This document shows positions 19,101-28,891 of a stretch of 64,000 nucleotides of DNA, in pieces. The stretch covers positions 3,136,001 to 3,200,000 of the forward strand of contig OZ242010.1 in assembly GCA_965204745.1 (NCBI GenBank), written 5' to 3'. Source of the stretch: Candidatus Latescibacterota bacterium (GTDB lineage Bacteria; Latescibacterota; UBA2968). How positions within the stretch are numbered: position 1 is the first letter of the stretch; every line of letters starts with the position of its first letter. The notes below the pieces were generated by a model that was not told the origin of the DNA, searched no databases, and worked only from the letters and a program-made list of their open reading frames with translations. Both the position numbers and the translations under genes were made by a program.

Positions 19101-20703
19101 CTCCGTAACCGGCGCCATAAGCAAAACCACCAGCGAGCTCCAGAGCCCCACTACCTACGGTGCCACCACCAACGACACCTACTACGGCTGGAACGTCAAC
19201 CTCGACGGACAAGCCGGCAACGACGATCCGTGGGCCTTTGGCGCGATGGATCAGTATCCGGTCTTGAAGTATGCCGGCTTTGACACCACCGCGCAATTTC
19301 AACTCCAACCCGCGAGAGTGACATTGACCCTGACGTCCTCGACGATCTCGGAAAGCGGTGGGATGAGCACCGTGACCGCGACGCTGGCACACCCGTTGAG
19401 CGCGGCGACGACGATCACGGTGCGTCCTGTGACCGGTGCTTACACGGTGGGGATGGATTCGACGATCACCATCGCGGCCGGGCAAACCGCGAACGCGTCG
19501 GATACAGTGATCATCACAGCGGTGGACAATACCCAAGACGCGCCTAATCGCAACGTGGACTTGTCCGTTGTGTTAGACAACCCCCAGGGCAGGGTGGTCA
19601 GCTCGACTGCGATAACGATCACCGATGATGACGCACCGCCGATGCTCTTGATCGATTCGCCGAGTGCGGTTGAGGGCACTGCCCTGACGTTCACCGTTAG
19701 ATTGAATGCGGTGAGCGGCAAGGAGGTGACGGTGGCGTATGCAGACGCGGGCACGGGCACCGCGACTTCGGGGACCGATTACACCGCGCTTACCGCAGGG
19801 ACCCTGACCTTTGCGGCGGGCACGACCATGACCAGCCAGACCTTCGATGTTACTGTGACCGGCGACTCGGATGATGAGCCGAACGAGACCGTGATCGTGA
19901 CTTTGAGCAACGCGGTCAATGCCACCTTTGATGGCGGGGCTACGAGCCTCACCGGCACCGGTACGATTATCGATGACGATGGCACGCCTGCGCTGAGTAT
20001 CGGTTCGCCAAGCGTGATTGAAGGCGCGACCAGCGCGACCCTGACCTTTCGGGTGTACCTACGCCCAGCGCACACGGCACAAGTGACGGTGGCGTATGCA
20101 GACGCGGGCACGGGCACCGCGACTTCGGGGACCGATTACACCGCGCTCACCGCAGGAACCCTGACCTTCACGGTAGGCGATACCATCCAGACCATCCCTG
20201 TTTCTGTGACCGACGACTCGGATGATGAGCCGAACGAGACCGTGATCGTGACGCTGAGCAGTGCGACCAATGCGACCATAAGCACGGCGCAAGGCACAGG
20301 GACGATTATCGATGACGAAACCTCGAGTGCCAACTTGGATGTGGATGGCGATGGCCGGGTGAGATTGTTCTCGGATATAATCCTGGTCATTCGATATGTC
20401 CTCTTCTTCCGGAACGAGGCCCTCCTCAGAGGGAACGTCATCGAGCAAACTGCCACGCGCACGACCGCTCAAGAAATTGAACCCTACCTCGACACGTTGG
20501 TCAATCAGAACATTCTCGATGTGGATGGCGATGGCGATGTGAGGCTGTTCTCGGATATAATCCTGATCATTCGATACGTCCTCTTCTTCCGGAACGAGGC
20601 CCTCGTCAGAGGGAACGTCATCGAGCAAACTGCTACGCGCATGACCGCTCAAGCCATTGAACCCTACATCCGAAGCCTCTATCCCGACTCCCACTTCCAA
20701 TGA
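16180..20703 (+). CDS. Giant secreted surface protein: 3 GLUG/beta-helix repeats, Ig-like unit, 2 Calx-beta, duplicated dockerin-like tail
   Basis: Signal peptide ending AFA-Q; repeated DYDTDxDGYIE, VGGLVG; TATSGTDY...DDEPNET; two LDVDGDG...RYVLFFR units. Confidence 0.88.
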   Translation: MITALFRSRLLALVALGMLVASGPAFAQTIIDYDTDDDGYIEVSGHAQLNAIRNDLDGDGNPTVGGSSAYNNAFPNRDGNAATRMGCPSGNCVGYELTANINLTTYTSWVRIGDNTNNYTGDFKGNGYTIDNLTISSSTTTYVGLFGAISSASRIESVGITNANVTGSEFVGALVGGSGGEIVACWSTGSVTARRVVGGLVGWTNGTITSSYSHASATGTQASTSDHVGGLLGASQSGTVRNSYSTGRVTRATGATTLNVGGLIGSGSANDAPGSYWDTQTSGWATSAGSQTAVGRTTTQLQSQTTYGATSSDAYYGWNIDLDNADGDSDTATGVDDPWDFAGSSAYPTLIYHLTDYDTDEDGYIEIANLAQLDAIRHNLGGNGHPASDGATAYGTAFPNRVTTASKVMGCPSGACTGYELVADLDFDSDGDGDVDANDHSGAYWDSGAGWTPIGVDNPPSSRFVTTLKGNGHTINNLLINRNSTNQGLFAAVGSGARIEALGITNASVTASDYVGILTANNYGEIVACYTTGTISATDFIGGLAGFMFGGASTFIHSSHSTASVTSTTSSTNVAGLVGRITTGSVTNSYSIGAVSSGGGGLIGSNNSGTATASYWDTTTSGRATSALGTGYATADLRGPTDYTAGSIYADWNANIDGQTGNDDPWYFGTSRQYPSLKYGGLDLSKQGAGDYDSDNDRLIEVSNLAQLNAVRHDRDGNGDPASGGAATYNAAFPNRDSRSGSRMGCPSSCTGYELIADLDFDSDGDGDVDINDHGGAYWNSGAGWTPIGDDTSESARYSAVFKGNGHTVNNLFIGGSNDDRGLFGSTHTTSRIETLGVTNANVRGDEYVAILVGSLYGTVVACYTTGAVIGTGTGALPNYGTAGGLVGWAGLSNTATVSSSYSTASVTGISRVGGLVGMGQNVTITNSYAIGRVTRTSGGGINVRGLVGWVQSGSVTTSYCDTETGGWSNCSGNSVTGAISKTTSELQSPTTYGATTNDTYYGWNVNLDGQAGNDDPWAFGAMDQYPVLKYAGFDTTAQFQLQPARVTLTLTSSTISESGGMSTVTATLAHPLSAATTITVRPVTGAYTVGMDSTITIAAGQTANASDTVIITAVDNTQDAPNRNVDLSVVLDNPQGRVVSSTAITITDDDAPPMLLIDSPSAVEGTALTFTVRLNAVSGKEVTVAYADAGTGTATSGTDYTALTAGTLTFAAGTTMTSQTFDVTVTGDSDDEPNETVIVTLSNAVNATFDGGATSLTGTGTIIDDDGTPALSIGSPSVIEGATSATLTFRVYLRPAHTAQVTVAYADAGTGTATSGTDYTALTAGTLTFTVGDTIQTIPVSVTDDSDDEPNETVIVTLSSATNATISTAQGTGTIIDDETSSANLDVDGDGRVRLFSDIILVIRYVLFFRNEALLRGNVIEQTATRTTAQEIEPYLDTLVNQNILDVDGDGDVRLFSDIILIIRYVLFFRNEALVRGNVIEQTATRMTAQAIEPYIRSLYPDSHFQ

Positions 20704-20802
20704 AAGCCTGTTCCCTGACCGCCACAGATGAAGATGGCGATGTGAATTTCGCCGACTTTGGCACCTAAGGCTAAACGACGAAAGATGCGAAATGAAAAAC
20801 AA

Positions 20803-20840
20803 AAGCCCGGGTTCCCAGTGAACTCGGGCGTTACTTTTTG
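20803..20840 (+). terminator. Rho-independent terminator
   Basis: GCCCGGGTTC-CCAGT-GAACTCGGGC hairpin plus T-rich tail; homolog at 58520-58560 (minus). Confidence 0.65.
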
Positions 20841-20841
20841 G

Positions 20842-21600
20842 TACCTATCCCCCTAACCCCCCTTCCTGCAAGGAAGGGGGGAATGGCGAGAGGTTTTCCG
20901 AGGGATTGCGCGATGGGGGTTTGGGTTTCTATGGCGTGATCCATTCGCTCAAAGCCATCAAAACAGGCCTGGATGCAAACCTTTCAGAAAGCCATGCGCT
21001 CCCCCTTTCCTCGCAGGCACAGGCGTAGCCTACAATGAGCGAAGCGAATAACGGGGGCCGGGGGGATAGGGCTTGCGAGGTGGGACCTACCCCCTGGCCC
21101 CCTTCCTACGAGGAAGGGGGAATGGCGAGAGGAATGGCGAGGGATTGCGCGAGGGGGGTTTGGGTTTCTATGGCGTGATCCATTCGCTCAAAGCCATCAA
21201 AACAGCCAGGGATACAAACCTTCAAGAAAGCCATGCGCTCCCCCTTTCCTTGTAGGCACAGGCGTAGCCTACAATGAGCGAAGCGAATAACGGGGGCCGG
21301 GGGGATAGGTCGCATTTTCATGGCGCGATCCATTCGCGCAAAGCCATCAAAACAGCCAGGGATACAAACCTTTCAGAAAGCCATGCGCTCCCCCTTTCCT
21401 TGTAGGCACAGGCGTAGCCTACAATGAGCGAAGCGAATAACGGGGGCCGGGGGGATAGGGCTATGGCGGTAGGGCGGTGGGTGGCTCTCGCCTCTTACCT
21501 CTTGCCTCTTACTTGGGGACAGGGCTTGCGGCGGGGCGGTGGGTGGTAATCCGCGCAATCCCCTAATCCGTTTAATCCGCGATTCAGACACGGCGGGGTG
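20842..21600. repeat. Tandem family-A hairpin elements (inverted relative to 15637) plus CGGATT nonamers
   Basis: Three near-identical units, each carrying the 35-nt cassette. Confidence 0.85.
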
Positions 21601-21703
21601 GGGCAGGGTTGCGAACTGATCGCTGGTTTATTATATACTTAGAACAGGCACGCACGGGCGGATGGGCGGAGCGGTGAACTGACCACTATCTTAGGAGATT
21701 ATC

Positions 21704-22744
21704 ATGAGCGATGTTCCCAATTATTTGAAAGACCACGCCGACCTTTACGCCCGCGATCCGCGTGTTGCGGCGCTGGCGTGGTTTCGCCAAGCGCGTTACG
21801 GCTTGTTCTTGCACTATGGGCTGTACTCCCTGCTGGGACGGCACGAGTGGGTGCAACTGCGCGAACTCATCCCCGTCGCCGAATACGCGAAGTTGATGCG
21901 CGATTTTCGGGCCGAGCGGTTCGACGCGGAACGCATCGCGCAATTTGCCGTTGATTGCGAGATGAAATACATCAACATCACCACGCGGCACCACGATTCG
22001 TTTTGCCTGTTTGAAACGGCGGAAACGGAGTTCAACAGCGTCAATGCCGCGGCCGGGCGCGATCTGATCAAAGAACTGGCCGCAGCGTGTGATCGGCGCG
22101 GCTTGGGATTGTGCTTGTACTATTCCCACGGGCGGGACTGGAAGCACCCGCACGCGCCCAACAATGGCGAATGGGGCGGGCAAGCGCGACCCAAATACGA
22201 CCCGGCCGAGCCGAGCTATGCCACGGGCGCGGCGCACGATTTGCAAATCTATCTCGATTTTATGAAGGCGCAAATCACGGAACTGCTCTCGAATTACGGG
22301 CCTGTGGCGGCCATCTGGCTGGACGGGATCGCCGTGCCCAACAGCGGGGACAAAACGAAATTTCAGTGTCAACAACTCTACGATTACATCCACAGCTCGC
22401 AACCCCAAGTGCTGGTTTCCTACAAGCAGGGCCTGCTGGGCACGGAAGATTTTCAAGCTCCCGAACACCGCGCTTTGGAAGAGATCGCCAAGCCCACGGA
22501 AATTTGCACGACCATGTGCTCCGGGCCTGGGGGCAAAGGCGTGTCCTGGGGCTATCTCGCCGAAGGCGGGCATCACAAAAACGCTGACGAAGTTTGGGAC
22601 ACACTGGCGACAGCGCGGCAGAGCGGTTGCAATTTGCTGTTGAACACCGGCCCCTTGCCGGATGGGTCCCTCGACGAAGCAGATGTTCAGGTGTTGCTGT
22701 CCGTTGGCGAGCGCATCAAAAAAGAGGGATTTCCCGGCGAGTGA
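21704..22744 (+). CDS. Alpha-L-fucosidase (GH29)
   Basis: WFRQARYGLFLHYG, TTRHHDSF, YYSH..DW, IWLDG, NLLLNTGP. Confidence 0.92.
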   Translation: MSDVPNYLKDHADLYARDPRVAALAWFRQARYGLFLHYGLYSLLGRHEWVQLRELIPVAEYAKLMRDFRAERFDAERIAQFAVDCEMKYINITTRHHDSFCLFETAETEFNSVNAAAGRDLIKELAAACDRRGLGLCLYYSHGRDWKHPHAPNNGEWGGQARPKYDPAEPSYATGAAHDLQIYLDFMKAQITELLSNYGPVAAIWLDGIAVPNSGDKTKFQCQQLYDYIHSSQPQVLVSYKQGLLGTEDFQAPEHRALEEIAKPTEICTTMCSGPGGKGVSWGYLAEGGHHKNADEVWDTLATARQSGCNLLLNTGPLPDGSLDEADVQVLLSVGERIKKEGFPGE

Positions 22745-22836
22745 CCTACCCCCTGGCAGGAAGGGGAATCGAGCTCGCCAAAAAAACATCGATTCAGGGA
22801 GGGGCCGAGGGAGGGGTCCCATACTGCGGAGCGCGC

Positions 22837-24795
22837 ATGGCAAGTCATCTCGAAGACATCGATCCAAATCCCGCGCCTCATGCCCGGCGGTCGCCGTGGT
22901 GGGCCATTGTCATCGCCGTGTCGATCACGGTGGGCATGAACGCGGTCATCCCCTATACCCATCATTACATGCACACCATTTCACTGGTTGAAGGCATGAT
23001 TCCGATGGGTATTTTTATGCCGTTTCTCGTGCTGATTTTTGTCGTCAATCCCGTGTTGCGCGCGCTCGGGTACGCGTTGCAACCGTGGGAATTGATTTTC
23101 ATTTTTGCGGTCGGGTACGCGAGCATGTCCATCAACGAATTGCTGGGCCGCGTGCTGGCGACTTATGCGGTGATGCACTACATGGCGACGCCTGAAAACC
23201 TGTGGGAAGAATACGTTTTCGGGCTGGTGCAACCCTATCTCGTGGTCGAAGATGCCGACGAGCAACTGGCGTGGTTTTACGAGGGCCTGCCGCGCAATGC
23301 GACGATTCCCTGGGCGATCTGGCTGCGGCCCACATTTTGGTGGCTGAGTTTTATCGCCGCCCTCGGCATTGGCTCCGTCGCGTTGGCAACGATTTTGCGC
23401 CGGCAATGGGTGGAGCAAGAGCGGTTGCCGTTTCCCTTTGCACAGGTGGCCGAGGAATTGGCCGAAACCGCAGGGCCAAACGGGTTTCCCGAGTATATGA
23501 AACAACCCTTGTTCTGGGCCGGTTTTGCCATTCCGGCCGGGATTGTGCTGTGGTATATCATCGGGTACTTCGACCCCAGTTTTCCGGTGATTACCGTGGG
23601 GATTCAGAATCACAACATCTCGTTGGGACGCTATGTGCCCTCCCTGCACGGGCGGCTCAACTTTTTGATCATCGGCTTTGCGTATTTTACCGACTTGCAG
23701 GTTTTGTTTTCGATCTGGGTGTTCTGGGTGCTCACTTGGCTTCAAATCGGCATCACCAATCGCATGGGCCTAGCCGAGGGCTTGGGCGAGTTCGCCGGGA
23801 CGCGACAGCAGGCATTGGGCGGTTTTATCGTCTTTTGCCTGTGGGGATTGTGGATTGCGCGCTTCCACCTCAAGGCGGTTTTTCAACACGCATTTCGCAA
23901 GGCCAAGTGTATGGACGATCAGAATGAACTGATGTCTTACCGCGTGGCGGTGGTCGCGTTTTTGGCCTGCGCGTCCTTCGTGATGTTCTGGTTGTTCAAG
24001 GGGGGCATGACGCCGCTTTGGGCCGCGGTGGTCACGGTGTTCTGGTTCGTGTTTTACGCGGGATTTGCCAAAATTGTCGCCATGACGGGATTGGTCTTTC
24101 TCGAATCCCCGAGCAGCTTGGGCACGGGCATGATGGGGTTCGCGCCGCCCGATTCCCTGTCGCCCAATACGATTGCCGTGCGACAACAGGTGGGCAGCCT
24201 GTATCAAAATGGCAAGAGTTTTACCATGCCCGCTGCCGCGCACGCCGCCCGCTTGGGCACTGGGCTGGGCAATCGCGTGCGCGTGTTGGGCATCGCCATC
24301 GCGGTCGCCTTTGTGTTTTCGCTCATCGTAGCCGCCGCATCCACCATTTATTTGGGCTATCAGGATGGCGCGTTTAATTTTGGCTCGTACATGTTTCGCG
24401 TGGCGGCCCCGCGTTATTACGATGGCATCGTGTCGTCCATCCGCGACATTGGCAAGGAAACCCATTACGGCCTTCGGATGGGCTTTACCGCCTTTGGCGC
24501 GCTGGCTATGGGCGTTTTGACCCTGTGTCAGTACCGTTTTACGTGGTGGCCCCTGCATCCCATTGGTTTTACAGTGGTGACGTTTTATTCCGCACGCACC
24601 GCGATTCTGTCCGTCTTTGTGACGTGGCTCGTCAAGTTGATCGTACTCCGCTTGGGCGGCATCGCGCTCTACCGCAAGGCAAAACCCTTTTTCATCGGCA
24701 TGATCGTGGGCTACACCCTGTCGCTCATCGCGAGCATGATCGTCGATCTGATCTGGTTCCCCGGGCAAGGGCACAATTTGTTTTGGGGGGATTGA
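22837..24795 (+). CDS. DUF6785/DUF6784-type polytopic membrane protein (OPT-like transporter)
   Basis: LRRQWVEQERLPFP, WWPLHPIG, KPFFIGMIVG; many TM helices. Confidence 0.75.
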   Translation: MASHLEDIDPNPAPHARRSPWWAIVIAVSITVGMNAVIPYTHHYMHTISLVEGMIPMGIFMPFLVLIFVVNPVLRALGYALQPWELIFIFAVGYASMSINELLGRVLATYAVMHYMATPENLWEEYVFGLVQPYLVVEDADEQLAWFYEGLPRNATIPWAIWLRPTFWWLSFIAALGIGSVALATILRRQWVEQERLPFPFAQVAEELAETAGPNGFPEYMKQPLFWAGFAIPAGIVLWYIIGYFDPSFPVITVGIQNHNISLGRYVPSLHGRLNFLIIGFAYFTDLQVLFSIWVFWVLTWLQIGITNRMGLAEGLGEFAGTRQQALGGFIVFCLWGLWIARFHLKAVFQHAFRKAKCMDDQNELMSYRVAVVAFLACASFVMFWLFKGGMTPLWAAVVTVFWFVFYAGFAKIVAMTGLVFLESPSSLGTGMMGFAPPDSLSPNTIAVRQQVGSLYQNGKSFTMPAAAHAARLGTGLGNRVRVLGIAIAVAFVFSLIVAAASTIYLGYQDGAFNFGSYMFRVAAPRYYDGIVSSIRDIGKETHYGLRMGFTAFGALAMGVLTLCQYRFTWWPLHPIGFTVVTFYSARTAILSVFVTWLVKLIVLRLGGIALYRKAKPFFIGMIVGYTLSLIASMIVDLIWFPGQGHNLFWGD

Positions 24796-25016
24796 GGGCA
24801 GTGGTTAGGGGGCAGGCCCCATCCAAAAGTGAGATGGGGGTTAGCCACAAAAGGCACAAAAGGCACAAAAGGGGTACAACTGGCGACAGCTAATTCAGAG
24901 GTGAGCAGTGTGTAGGGGCGATGCCCCCGTGCTCGCCCAAGATACGAGAGGTAAGACACGAGATGAATCCGCGCAATCCGCGTAATCCGTTTAATCCGCG
25001 ATCCCCTTTTTGCACC

Positions 25017-25045
25017 TTGACAAATCCGACATGTAAAAGTATATT
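25017..25045 (+). promoter_or_regulatory. Sigma-70 promoter of ssb
   Basis: TTGACA-17-TATATT. Confidence 0.7.
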
Positions 25046-25111
25046 CGCAATAATTCAACAGGGTCGTGCCATGTCCCTGAAAACCTTTATCCTATTCTAA
25101 GGAGGCCAAGT

Positions 25112-25606
25112 ATGGCACGAGGAATCAACAAGGTGATTTTGATCGGCAATGCAGGTGCCGATCCCGAACTGCGATACACGCCAGGAGGCAGCGCAGTGTC
25201 GAATTTTAGCATCGCCACCAATGAAAGCTGGACCAACAGCAGTGGCGAGAGGCAAGAACGCACCGAATGGCACCGCATTGTGGTGTGGGGGCGTTTGGCT
25301 GAAATTTGCAACCAGTATTTGCGAAAGGGCAGCAAGGTCTATATCGAAGGCAAGTTGCAAACGAGCAGTTGGGAGGGGCAAGACGGGGTGAAACGCTACA
25401 CCACGGAAGTGGTCGCCCGCGAGATGCAACTGCTCGACTCGCGCAGTGATATGGATGGCAACTATGGCGGTGGCGCGCCACAGTCGCAACCGGTAGCCCC
25501 ACAGCCACAGGCAGCCGCAACAACCACCGCGCCTGCACAGGACCAGGGCGGCACGTCCGAACCCGACTCCCCGCCTTATACCGCAGACGACGACCTGCCA
25601 TTTTAA
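25112..25606 (+). CDS. ssb: Single-stranded DNA-binding protein
   Basis: [19 protein letters not shown], acidic DDDLPF tail. Confidence 0.97.
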   Translation: MARGINKVILIGNAGADPELRYTPGGSAVSNFSIATNESWTNSSGERQERTEWHRIVVWGRLAEICNQYLRKGSKVYIEGKLQTSSWEGQDGVKRYTTEVVAREMQLLDSRSDMDGNYGGGAPQSQPVAPQPQAAATTTAPAQDQGGTSEPDSPPYTADDDLPF

Positions 25607-25640
25607 GGCGTTTTGCTGACGCAACTAGGTGCTAGACTTC

Positions 25641-25680
25641 AGCCCGCGGGTTTCTTTTAGACCTGCGGGCTTTGTTATTT
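25641..25680 (+). terminator. Rho-independent terminator after ssb
   Basis: AGCCCGCGGGT...ACCTGCGGGCT followed by T-rich run. Confidence 0.7.
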
Positions 25681-25753
25681 GGGGACTTCGTGGTTGCTTT
25701 CCGAACAATTTTTTTTATTTTGCAAAAATCACACCCCACATTTGGAGGCAGAC

Positions 25754-26740
25754 ATGGGATTGGAGCAAGCGTTGAAACTCACGTACAAAGGCGAACCCTT
25801 GGGCCAGTCGCTAGACGATTTTGGCGGCTTGCGAGTGTCCAATGACGCGCTTGGTGATCGCGGCGAACTCGAGCGGCGAATGGCAGCGGATGGCTATTTG
25901 TTCTTAAAGAATTTTTTGCACAAAGACGAGGTGTTGGGCGCGCGTCAAGAGGTGATGAATCGGCTGATGGGCGCGGGCGTGTTGGACAACCGGTATCCTG
26001 CGATAGACGGCATCGCGGCCCCAGACCACGAGATCGACGGACGCGCCACGGGTTCGTTTATGCCATTGCTCGCGCGCGACAATCCGCCTTTGGACAAAGT
26101 GATTCACGAAGGGCCTATCATGGCGTTTTTTGAATTTTTCTTTGGCGGCCCTGCACGCTATTTTGACTATACGTGGTTTCGCGCCAAACGCCCCGGCTTG
26201 AACACCGCCACGACGCCGCACTGCGATATCGTCTATATGGGGCGCGGGACAAAAGCCCTTTATACCGCGTGGATTCCCTACGGCGATGTGCCCTTTCACA
26301 TGGGCGGTCTGATGCTCCTCGAAGGGTCGCACACCTTGCGCGATATCAAAGCGGGGTACGGATCGACAGATGTGGATTTGTACTGCGAAAACCGAGGCGA
26401 TGCCAAAGCCATTGTTGAACGCGCCCGCGCCGAGGGGCGAAATTTGACGCATGAAGAGCGGGCCGAGGTGAGGTGGAATTCAAGTGGTGCGTATTCCCAT
26501 GATGCGATAGCAACGCGCGGAGAACTCGGCGGTCGCTGGCTGGTATCGGAATATGAACTGGGGGATTTGCTGCTGTTCTCCATGTACACCCTGCACGCGA
26601 GTTCCGACAACCACTCCAATCAGTATCGCATTTCATCCGATACGCGCTATCAACGCGCAGACGAACCCGCAGACGAACGCTGGATCGGCAAAGACCCACC
26701 CGCCCACGGCATTCGCGCAAAACGCGGGATGGTGTGTTGA
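25754..26740 (+). CDS. PhyH-family dioxygenase
   Basis: TPHCDIVYMGRG, LLEGSH, LHAS..N, SSDTRYQ. Confidence 0.85.
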   Translation: MGLEQALKLTYKGEPLGQSLDDFGGLRVSNDALGDRGELERRMAADGYLFLKNFLHKDEVLGARQEVMNRLMGAGVLDNRYPAIDGIAAPDHEIDGRATGSFMPLLARDNPPLDKVIHEGPIMAFFEFFFGGPARYFDYTWFRAKRPGLNTATTPHCDIVYMGRGTKALYTAWIPYGDVPFHMGGLMLLEGSHTLRDIKAGYGSTDVDLYCENRGDAKAIVERARAEGRNLTHEERAEVRWNSSGAYSHDAIATRGELGGRWLVSEYELGDLLLFSMYTLHASSDNHSNQYRISSDTRYQRADEPADERWIGKDPPAHGIRAKRGMVC

Positions 26741-26871
26741 TTGTCGCATCACCTGAAGAGTTGAAAAATATGGAAAACGCGAACTCGCTTCTGAGATCAT
26801 GCGATAGACAGCGAGGCGATCACTTTCATCTGTTACCATTGAACTCGACAACGCAAAATAAGGAGGGGTTG

Positions 26872-27651
26872 ATGTCTTTGTTTTCTCTTGAAGGGCGCGT
26901 CGCCATTGTGACTGGGGCCGGGCGCGGGATTGGACGCGGCATTGCAGAGGGCTTGGCCGCACAGGGCGCGAGCGTGGTGTGTGCGGCGCGCACGCGGTCT
27001 CAACTGGACGAAGTGGTGGCGGCGATTGGCGATGCAGGCGGCGATGCGGTGGCGTGCGGGATGGACGTGAAAGACCTGGATTCCGTGCGCGGCGGCGTGG
27101 ATGCTACGCTCGACCAATACGGGCAAATCGACATTCTGGTCAACAACGCGGGCATGAATATCCGCGAGCCGTTTGAGGACGTGACCGAAGCGCATTACGA
27201 CGAGATCATGGCGGTCAACTTGAAGGGCCTGTACTTTTTGACGCAAGCCGTGGCAAAGCACATGATTTCGCGCGAGCAGGGCAAGATCATCCACATCGGC
27301 TCTTTGACGACGGGCGTGTCTTTGTCGCAAATCTCGGTGTACACAGCCACCAAGGGCGCGGTGGGGCAACTCGCAAAATCCCAAGCCCTGGAATTGGGGC
27401 CGCACAATATTCAGGTGAACGCCATCTGTCCGGGCTTTGTGCTCACGCCATTGACCGAAAGGTTGTGGGCCGATCCCACCATGCGCGCATGGGGCGAGTC
27501 GCGCGTGGCCGCAAAGCGGTTGGCAACGCCCCAAGATATGGTGGGCACTGCCGTGTTTCTCGCGGCGCCCGCGTCTGATTACGTCACCGGGCAGTCCATT
27601 TACGTGGATGGCGGGTTCATGGCGGGCGAGGCCTGGCCCTTGCCCGAGTAA
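26872..27651 (+). CDS. Short-chain dehydrogenase (gluconate 5-dehydrogenase-like)
   Basis: TGAGRGIG, NNAG, YTATK. Confidence 0.92.
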   Translation: MSLFSLEGRVAIVTGAGRGIGRGIAEGLAAQGASVVCAARTRSQLDEVVAAIGDAGGDAVACGMDVKDLDSVRGGVDATLDQYGQIDILVNNAGMNIREPFEDVTEAHYDEIMAVNLKGLYFLTQAVAKHMISREQGKIIHIGSLTTGVSLSQISVYTATKGAVGQLAKSQALELGPHNIQVNAICPGFVLTPLTERLWADPTMRAWGESRVAAKRLATPQDMVGTAVFLAAPASDYVTGQSIYVDGGFMAGEAWPLPE

Positions 27652-27664
27652 TGGAGGGAGAGCG

Positions 27665-28666
27665 ATGGCGCGATACAGGGTGCAACAAGCGGATTTCCGT
27701 GGCGAGATGCTTTACGTGTTGCGGGATTTGGAGGCCGAACGAGAAGCCCGAATTTTGCCCTCTGTGGGCAATAATTGCATCGCGTACACAATGGGCGATG
27801 TCGATCTGATCTATTCACCGCCCGATCCCCAGACCTTGCAAGGCCGCGCGAGTGGATACGGCATTCCGATTTTGTTCCCGTGGCCAAACCGCATTGACGA
27901 GGGCAAGTTTTCGTTTGACGGCAACGCGTACCAACTCGCAACCCCCGCGCCGGGCGAGCACGCGTCGCACGGGTTCGTCCATGAGCGCCCGTGGCAAGTG
28001 ATCGACGTTGGCGCGTCAGAAGGCGCGTGGATGACGAGCCGCTTCCTATCGGCGGATTTCCCGGAAATTGGCGATCATTTTCCCTTTCCCTTTGAAGCAC
28101 GGGTGACGTATCGGCTGAAGGACGGGGTATTGTACCACGAATTTGAAGGCGTGAATGTGGGCGATGCGGACATGCCCGTGGGCCTGGGCATCCACCCGTA
28201 TTTTCCCTTGCCATTGACGAAAGATGGTGACCGGGATGCGTGTACGGTCCGCATGCCCGCCGCGACTTACTGGCCCTTGCGCGGGGATCCGATTCCGACC
28301 GGGGAGGTTTTGCCCGTTGATGGCACGGCGTATGACGTGCGAAAAGCCACGCCTTTGAAGGATCGGTTTTACGACGATGTCTGGTCCGGCGTGCAGTTGA
28401 CCCACGGGTGGAGCCGGTGCGAGTATGTGGATCCGACCGCCGAGGTCCGGATCGCAATGGAAGCCGATGATGCGTTCCGCGAACTCGTCCTGTACGCGCC
28501 CGATTCCCGGCCGATTGTGTGCTTTGAACCCTATACCTGCGCGACCAATGCCTTCAATCTGCAAAATCAGGGCATCGATGCCGGATTGATACGCCTGAAG
28601 CCCGGTGAAAAGCTGACAGGGGTCATGCGGATTAGCGGCGAGATTAAGCAAAAAGCAACCACATAA
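27665..28666 (+). CDS. Aldose 1-epimerase family protein
   Basis: PILFPWPNRI, SHGF, GIHPYF, VCFEP. Confidence 0.88.
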   Translation: MARYRVQQADFRGEMLYVLRDLEAEREARILPSVGNNCIAYTMGDVDLIYSPPDPQTLQGRASGYGIPILFPWPNRIDEGKFSFDGNAYQLATPAPGEHASHGFVHERPWQVIDVGASEGAWMTSRFLSADFPEIGDHFPFPFEARVTYRLKDGVLYHEFEGVNVGDADMPVGLGIHPYFPLPLTKDGDRDACTVRMPAATYWPLRGDPIPTGEVLPVDGTAYDVRKATPLKDRFYDDVWSGVQLTHGWSRCEYVDPTAEVRIAMEADDAFRELVLYAPDSRPIVCFEPYTCATNAFNLQNQGIDAGLIRLKPGEKLTGVMRISGEIKQKATT

Positions 28667-28701
28667 GAACGCGGATGAAAGACGGACACAGGGCCTGTTA
28701 C

Positions 28702-28875
28702 TAGGCCCTGTTGACATTTACGGGCCCTGCAACTGGCTTGAGCGGTCTATCGGGCAAATCAAATCCTATCGCAGAATATTCTTTTGCTTTGAGAAACTCG
28801 GACAATCGCTCCTTCAGTTTTCTCGCCTTTTGCTACCACGCTCATCGTATTCACTGACGTTTCGCAGTTCAAATG
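28702..28875 (-). repeat. Family-B element fragment with TIR
   Basis: TAGGCCCTGTTGACATTT; reverse complement of ~11200-11372. Confidence 0.75.
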
Positions 28876-28891
28876 ACTTCGGAGAAAGCGC

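Noticed and set aside
20335-20690. Near-identical repeats as DGR template/variable regions
   Set aside because: Differences are not confined to adenines and no reverse transcriptase is present
20842-21460. Recurring 35-nt unit as a CRISPR array
   Set aside because: The intervening sequences are themselves near-identical repeats of irregular 115-205 nt length, not unique spacers; no cas genes
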